This document shows, in pieces, positions 59,561-64,000 of a stretch of DNA of 64,000 bases. How positions within the stretch are numbered: position 1 is the first letter of the stretch; every line of letters starts with the position of its first letter. Position numbers and translations under genes: made by a program. Source of the stretch: Felis catus (Eukaryota); assembly GCF_018350175.1 (NCBI RefSeq), contig NC_058368.1, positions 1,116,001 to 1,180,000 of the forward strand, written 5' to 3'. The notes under the pieces were generated by a model that saw nothing but the letters and a program-made list of their open reading frames with translations, was not told the origin of the DNA and searched no databases.

Positions 59561-60606
59561 GTGCTGTATAAAGGTACATTAAAAAACAGATTTTTGTGCT
59601 GATGAAAGGGAAAGGGATGATTACTTCTCCAGTAGCTACTCACGGGAAAATCATTCAAGGGTTTCTTTGAGACGTAGGATGAAGATAGAGAGATTCCTCT
59701 ACAAAGGATTTGAAGATGTTTTTCCCAGTTTGAAGACACCGTAAACCCAATTCTCAGTGTGAAGAGGTTTTTTCAAACTGCTATTGTGAATTCAGGCTGC
59801 AAATTGCATGAGAACTAGCTGTGACTGTAAGTCATCTGGGGCATGATGCCCTGTCCACTGAGCTCCAAGGACCAAAGCAGACAAAGTTTCTTGTGGTCTT
59901 TGAAGAGGGGAGGGATTTTTAATTCTTTTTTTTTCTCTTCTAGTTTTTAATCTGTAGTCGTTTGGGGTGCCAAATTTTGGGTACCCATCAGATCCCTTGG
60001 ATGGACTTTGTCCTTAGCCCTTGTGTTCCCCATCAGGCCATAGAAATTGAGGCTCAGATGAATCCTTGACCCCTTTCTTTCTCACCATTTTGCACGATGA
60101 ATCTGGCAGGATATCATAACGGCTTTATCTTTAATTATAAATAAGATCTTACTACTTCACACCTCCGCGACTGTTACCTCTGGTCTGAGCCACCGTCACC
60201 CCTAGCCTGGGTTGCCTGAACCTCCTGCTTCTGCCCTTGCACTCTAGCAGTCTAGTCTCAACACGGTGGCAAGAGTGACCTGTTACAGGTCAGATCATAT
60301 TGCTTCCCTGACCCAAACCCTGAAATGGCTCACTTCCCTTAGAGCAAAGCAAGTTTTTACAAAGTTCCAATTAGACATCTTGCCTCTCCAACGTCATTAA
60401 CTGCCACTGTCCCCTCCCCCATGTCGTTCAAGGTACACGACCCCTCTGGGGTTTCCTTGGCCGTGCAAACTCGCTCTTCACTCAGCTGTTCCTCACCTCG
60501 TTTAAGGATTTTCTCAAGTGTTAGTTTTCCAGTGAGGCCTACCCTGTTGAATCCATTAATAATTGTGAACTTAGCAACACCACCGGACATCCAGTTGCTT
60601 TATTCT

Positions 60607-60863
60607 TTATTTATTTTTATTTATTTTTATTTTTTTTAAAGATTTTTTAAAAAATTTTTTTTTTCAATGTTTATTTTTGGGACAGAGAGAGACAGAGCAT
60701 GAGCGGGGGAGGGGCAGAGAGAGAGGGAGACACAGAATCGGAAACAGGCTCCAGGCTCTGAGCCATCAGCCCAGAGCCTGACGCGGGGCTCGAACTCACG
60801 GACCGCGAGATCGTGACCTGGCTGAAGTCGGACGCTTAACCGACTGAGCCACCCAGGCGCCCC
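60607..60863 (-). mobile_element. Young SINEC_Fc
   Basis: Perfect 17-bp TSD TCCAGTTGCTTTATTCT (60590-60606 and 60864-60880). Confidence 0.95.
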
Positions 60864-61410
60864 TCCAGTTGCTTTATTCTGATCTAAGTTTCCTTTTTCT
60901 TTGCATGCGCTTGTCAGATTCTAAGTATTGTCATTTTCTCGTGTTCGTGTTTATTTTTTATTATCCATATTACCTTATTAGATTTCAAGTTGCTTCACGC
61001 AGGCAAGAATCACTCTTTGCTGAGAAATATAAACCACAAACCCTCATTCACATGGTGTGTGGTCAGAATCTACACTATTTGAGTGGTTTGAGAAAACCTG
61101 AGCCACCTGAGACACCACGACCACCACCCCCAACGACAGCAAACAGAACAAAACGTTCCTGAGTTAATAATGACCCCAGAACTCAAAACTAGACCTCAAA
61201 CTATTCCAACAGAAAAAAATTCTAAACAACAAAAGCTCACAAACTCATGTCGCTAAATGCGCGGAATACGAGTGAGAGTCAGCGGAATGAAATTCCTGAA
61301 GCAGACCCATGAAAACTGAAGAGACTGGAATTATCATATGAAATCATAAAATGAATGTTTAAAGAAATAAAAGAGAAAGTTAATATATGGCAATCAAAAT
61401 GGAGTTATAA

Positions 61411-61584
61411 GGAGCGCCTGGGTGGTTCAGTCGGTTAAGCGTCCGACTCTTGATTTCAGCTCAGGTCATGATCTCGCAGTTTGTGAGTTCGAGGCCTGGG
61501 TCAGGCTCCACACTGACAGTGTAGCACCTGCTTGGGATTCTCTCTCTCCCTCTCTGCGTGCCCCCTTCTCCTGCTCATGCACGT

Positions 61585-61623
<39 letters not shown>

Positions 61624-61633
61624 GTAAATAAAA
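61411..61633 (+). mobile_element. CAN-SINE
   Basis: TSD ATGGA(G/C)TTATAAG. Confidence 0.92.
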
Positions 61634-61639
61634 AGATGG

Positions 61640-62010
61640 ACTTATAAGACCAGAAAATAAATTTTTAAAACCCTTTAGGACTGAAAACCATAATGATTGA
61701 AGTTAGAACTCAGTGGATGGGTTAAACAGCAGATTAGACACAGCTAAAAGTGTACCAGGGGAAACTACGCAGAAAGCCATTGACAGAGAAAAAGAGATGA
61801 AAATAAGACAAGGAGTTACAAAGAAGATGTCTGATAGAAGTTTAACTGGAGTTCCAGAAGTCAAGAGGCAATGTTTGAAGAGATAATGGCTGAGAATTTT
61901 CCAAAGTCAACAAGGGACAGCAATCCTCACAACTCAGGAAGCAGAAATCTTAAAGGGAAATCCATTCATTATAATAAATATGCTGAACACCAAAGAGAAA
62001 AAATTCTTTT
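61640..62010 (+). mobile_element. Old L1 ORF1 fragment
   Basis: AACTCAGTGGATGGGTTAAACAGCAGATTAGACACAGCT...GAAGAGATAATGGCTGAGAATTTTCCA. Confidence 0.8.
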
Positions 62011-62283
62011 AAAATACATGCGGTAAGAGGTGTTCTTAAAGGCCTCTTTACAAAAATGGGGAATGACCTGTGCTTAACTGCCCCAAATTACAATTTGCTT
62101 CAAGTGATATTCATGTGCCCCTTAGAAACATACAATGAGAAAATGTCCATAACTCCTCTGTAGAAACACTAGAGAACGGTCTTGTGCTTATCTGCCAAAG
62201 TCTACACTTTCCTCAAAGTGGGTTTCAAGAGAATCCTTGGAGAAGTGAGGTAAGAAGTTTTTAAAACAATTTCGTATAGCACT

Positions 62284-62487
62284 GGGGCTCCTGGGTGGCT
62301 CAGTCGGTTGGGCGTCCGACTTCGGCTCAGGTCGTGATCTCGTGGTTTGTGAGCTCGAGCCCCGCGTCGGGCTCTGGGCTGACAGCTCGGAGCCTGGAGC
62401 CTGCTTTGGATTCTCTCTCCCCTTCTCTCTCTGCCCCTCCTCTGCTTGCACTCTGTCTCAAAAATAAATAAATAAACATTAAAAAAA
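62284..62487 (+). mobile_element. CAN-SINE
   Basis: TSD GTATAGCACT. Confidence 0.92.
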
Positions 62488-63004
62488 TGTATAGCACTAA
62501 AAAGTGGCCTTTTCTTTGACTTCCTGACACTGCACTGGGAAGGGAGAACAAGCCTTAACAGCAGTTGTGAAGAAAGAGGAACTTCAGGGAAGAAAGAACA
62601 GTTATGCTTAGAGCAAGTCACTTTTCCCACAGTAATGGGGGCAGAAGACAGCGGGACGACATTTTCAAAAGTACGTTAGCCTAAGTTTCTGCATACATTG
62701 AAACTGTTTTTAATTAGAAGGGGGGAATGAAGATATTTTGGGTAAATAAAAACTGAGAGTTTACCAGCATTAAGTCTTCCCTTAAGGAATTTCAGTGCTT
62801 CCTTCAGGAAGCGGGAAAATGTCTGAGATTCAAGAAAGAATGGTTAGTAAAGAAATGATAAATACGATTAATCCAAAAAGTTACTGTATGATTAAAAGAA
62901 TCTCTTCCATAAATGGTAGAATTTTCCTATGGAGCCATCCTATGAACCTAACTAGAAAACCGGTATTTTCTTTGCGGCGAGATTTTAACTACTGGTTCAA
63001 TGAT

Positions 63005-63229
63005 TTTTTTTTTTTAATTTTTTTTTAACGTTTATTTATTTTTGAGACAGAGAGAGACAGAGCATGAACGGGGGAGGGGCAGAGAGAGAGGGAGACACAG
63101 AATCGGAAACAGGCTCCAGGCTCTGAGCTGTCAGCACAGAGCCCGACGCGGGGATTGAACCCACGGACCGTGAGATCGTGACCTGAGCTGAAGTTGGACG
63201 CTTAACCGACTGCGCCACCCAGGCGCCCC
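63005..63229 (-). mobile_element. Young SINEC_Fc
   Basis: TSD TCAATGATTTT; CpG-rich. Confidence 0.94.
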
Positions 63230-63419
63230 ATCAATGATTTTAATGGTTATAAAAGCATTCAGGTTTTCTTTTTCTTCTGGAGTCTATTTTAGTAATCTGT
63301 ATTTTTCTAGGAATTTTTAAGTTTTATTTTTAATTTCTTAAATGAGTTTTTATTTTTCTTAAATAGCTTTTAATCTTCATTACCAATACTGCTCATTTGT
63401 AGCTTGTCTCATTTTGTAA

Positions 63420-64000
63420 AACAAGTTGGTATTGCCTAATGAAACTGAACGTGTAAATGCCAAGCAAGTTCACTCTCAGATATATAAAGTAGACATACTC
63501 TTGCACTTGAGCTCAAGAGACATGTGCAAATACGTTTGTAGCATCATTGCTTAAATTAGCCTACAGCAGAAAACAACCTGAATGCCCACCAACAGTAGAT
63601 TAGATAGTAAATACAGTGGATACAGCAATATAATACGCAGCGATGAAAATGAGCTTAATGGATAAACGATATGGATAAATCTCAGAAACAATTTTAAGGA
63701 ACAAAAAGCGACGTTCAAAGCAATATATGTACACTGATTCTATTTATATGAAGTCCAAAGTAAAGGAAAATTAAGCAATGTTTATTGTCTAGGGATAGCT
63801 ACAAACGCTGTAGAACCATAAAGAAAAGCAAGGGAATTATTAACATGAAATTTAGGATAGAAGTTACCTCTTGTGGGGAGGGAGGGCGTGGTGATCACAA
63901 AGAGGCAAATGAGAGCTCCCTAGGTCTTAGTAATATTGCATTCCTTACTCTGAGGGTGGATGCTCGAGTGTTCAGCTTTTATGATTCTTTACGCTGGATA
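63420..64000 (+). mobile_element. L1ME-like 3' end
   Basis: AAACAACCTGAATGCCCACCAACAGTAGA...ATGGATAAATCTCAGAAACA...TGATTCTATTTATATGAAG. Confidence 0.8.

Noticed and set aside
211..63218. Recurrent ORFs of the type [23 protein letters not shown]... and their antisense versions
   Set aside because: Translations of CAN-SINE copies, not a gene family.
1..64000. CRISPR arrays, rRNA, operon-like or prokaryotic systems
   Set aside because: Mammalian intron/exon and retroposon landscape throughout; no regularly spaced repeat-spacer array or rRNA-like sequence seen.

Overview
Mammalian genomic DNA from a felid (cat family), judged by about 35 tRNA-derived carnivore CAN-SINE copies (many of SINEC_Fc type) and a carnivore L1. 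The first 35.4 kb hold the 3' part of ZMYM2 (ZNF198) on the + strand. I traced 13 GT-AG coding exons (6755-35390) that splice in frame to 1842 nt, i.e. 613 aa plus TAA: the last MYM zinc finger, the Pro/Val-rich segment and the Crypton-derived DUF3504 C-terminus. An AT-rich, SINE-free 3' UTR follows. The rest is intergenic, with HAL1/L1/L2/MIR remnants, LTRs and a CpG island at ~50.4-51.2 kb that has no recognisable gene. The most notable observations are: (i) a perfect 60-bp inverted copy of an L1 segment that replaces a SINE tail 3 kb away, probably a templated insertion; (ii) the orphan CpG island, followed by an LTR and two well-bounded candidate exons; (iii) two near-full-length DNA-transposon fossils (Tigger and Cheshire/hAT) with transposase motifs; (iv) a SINE dimer inside one target-site duplication (TSD); (v) a candidate L1 3' transduction; and (vi) an LTR41-borne CTCF motif. 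I found no evidence for a wholly new biological system. Gene identity, human residue numbering and repeat subfamily names come from my recall of known sequences, not from database searches.
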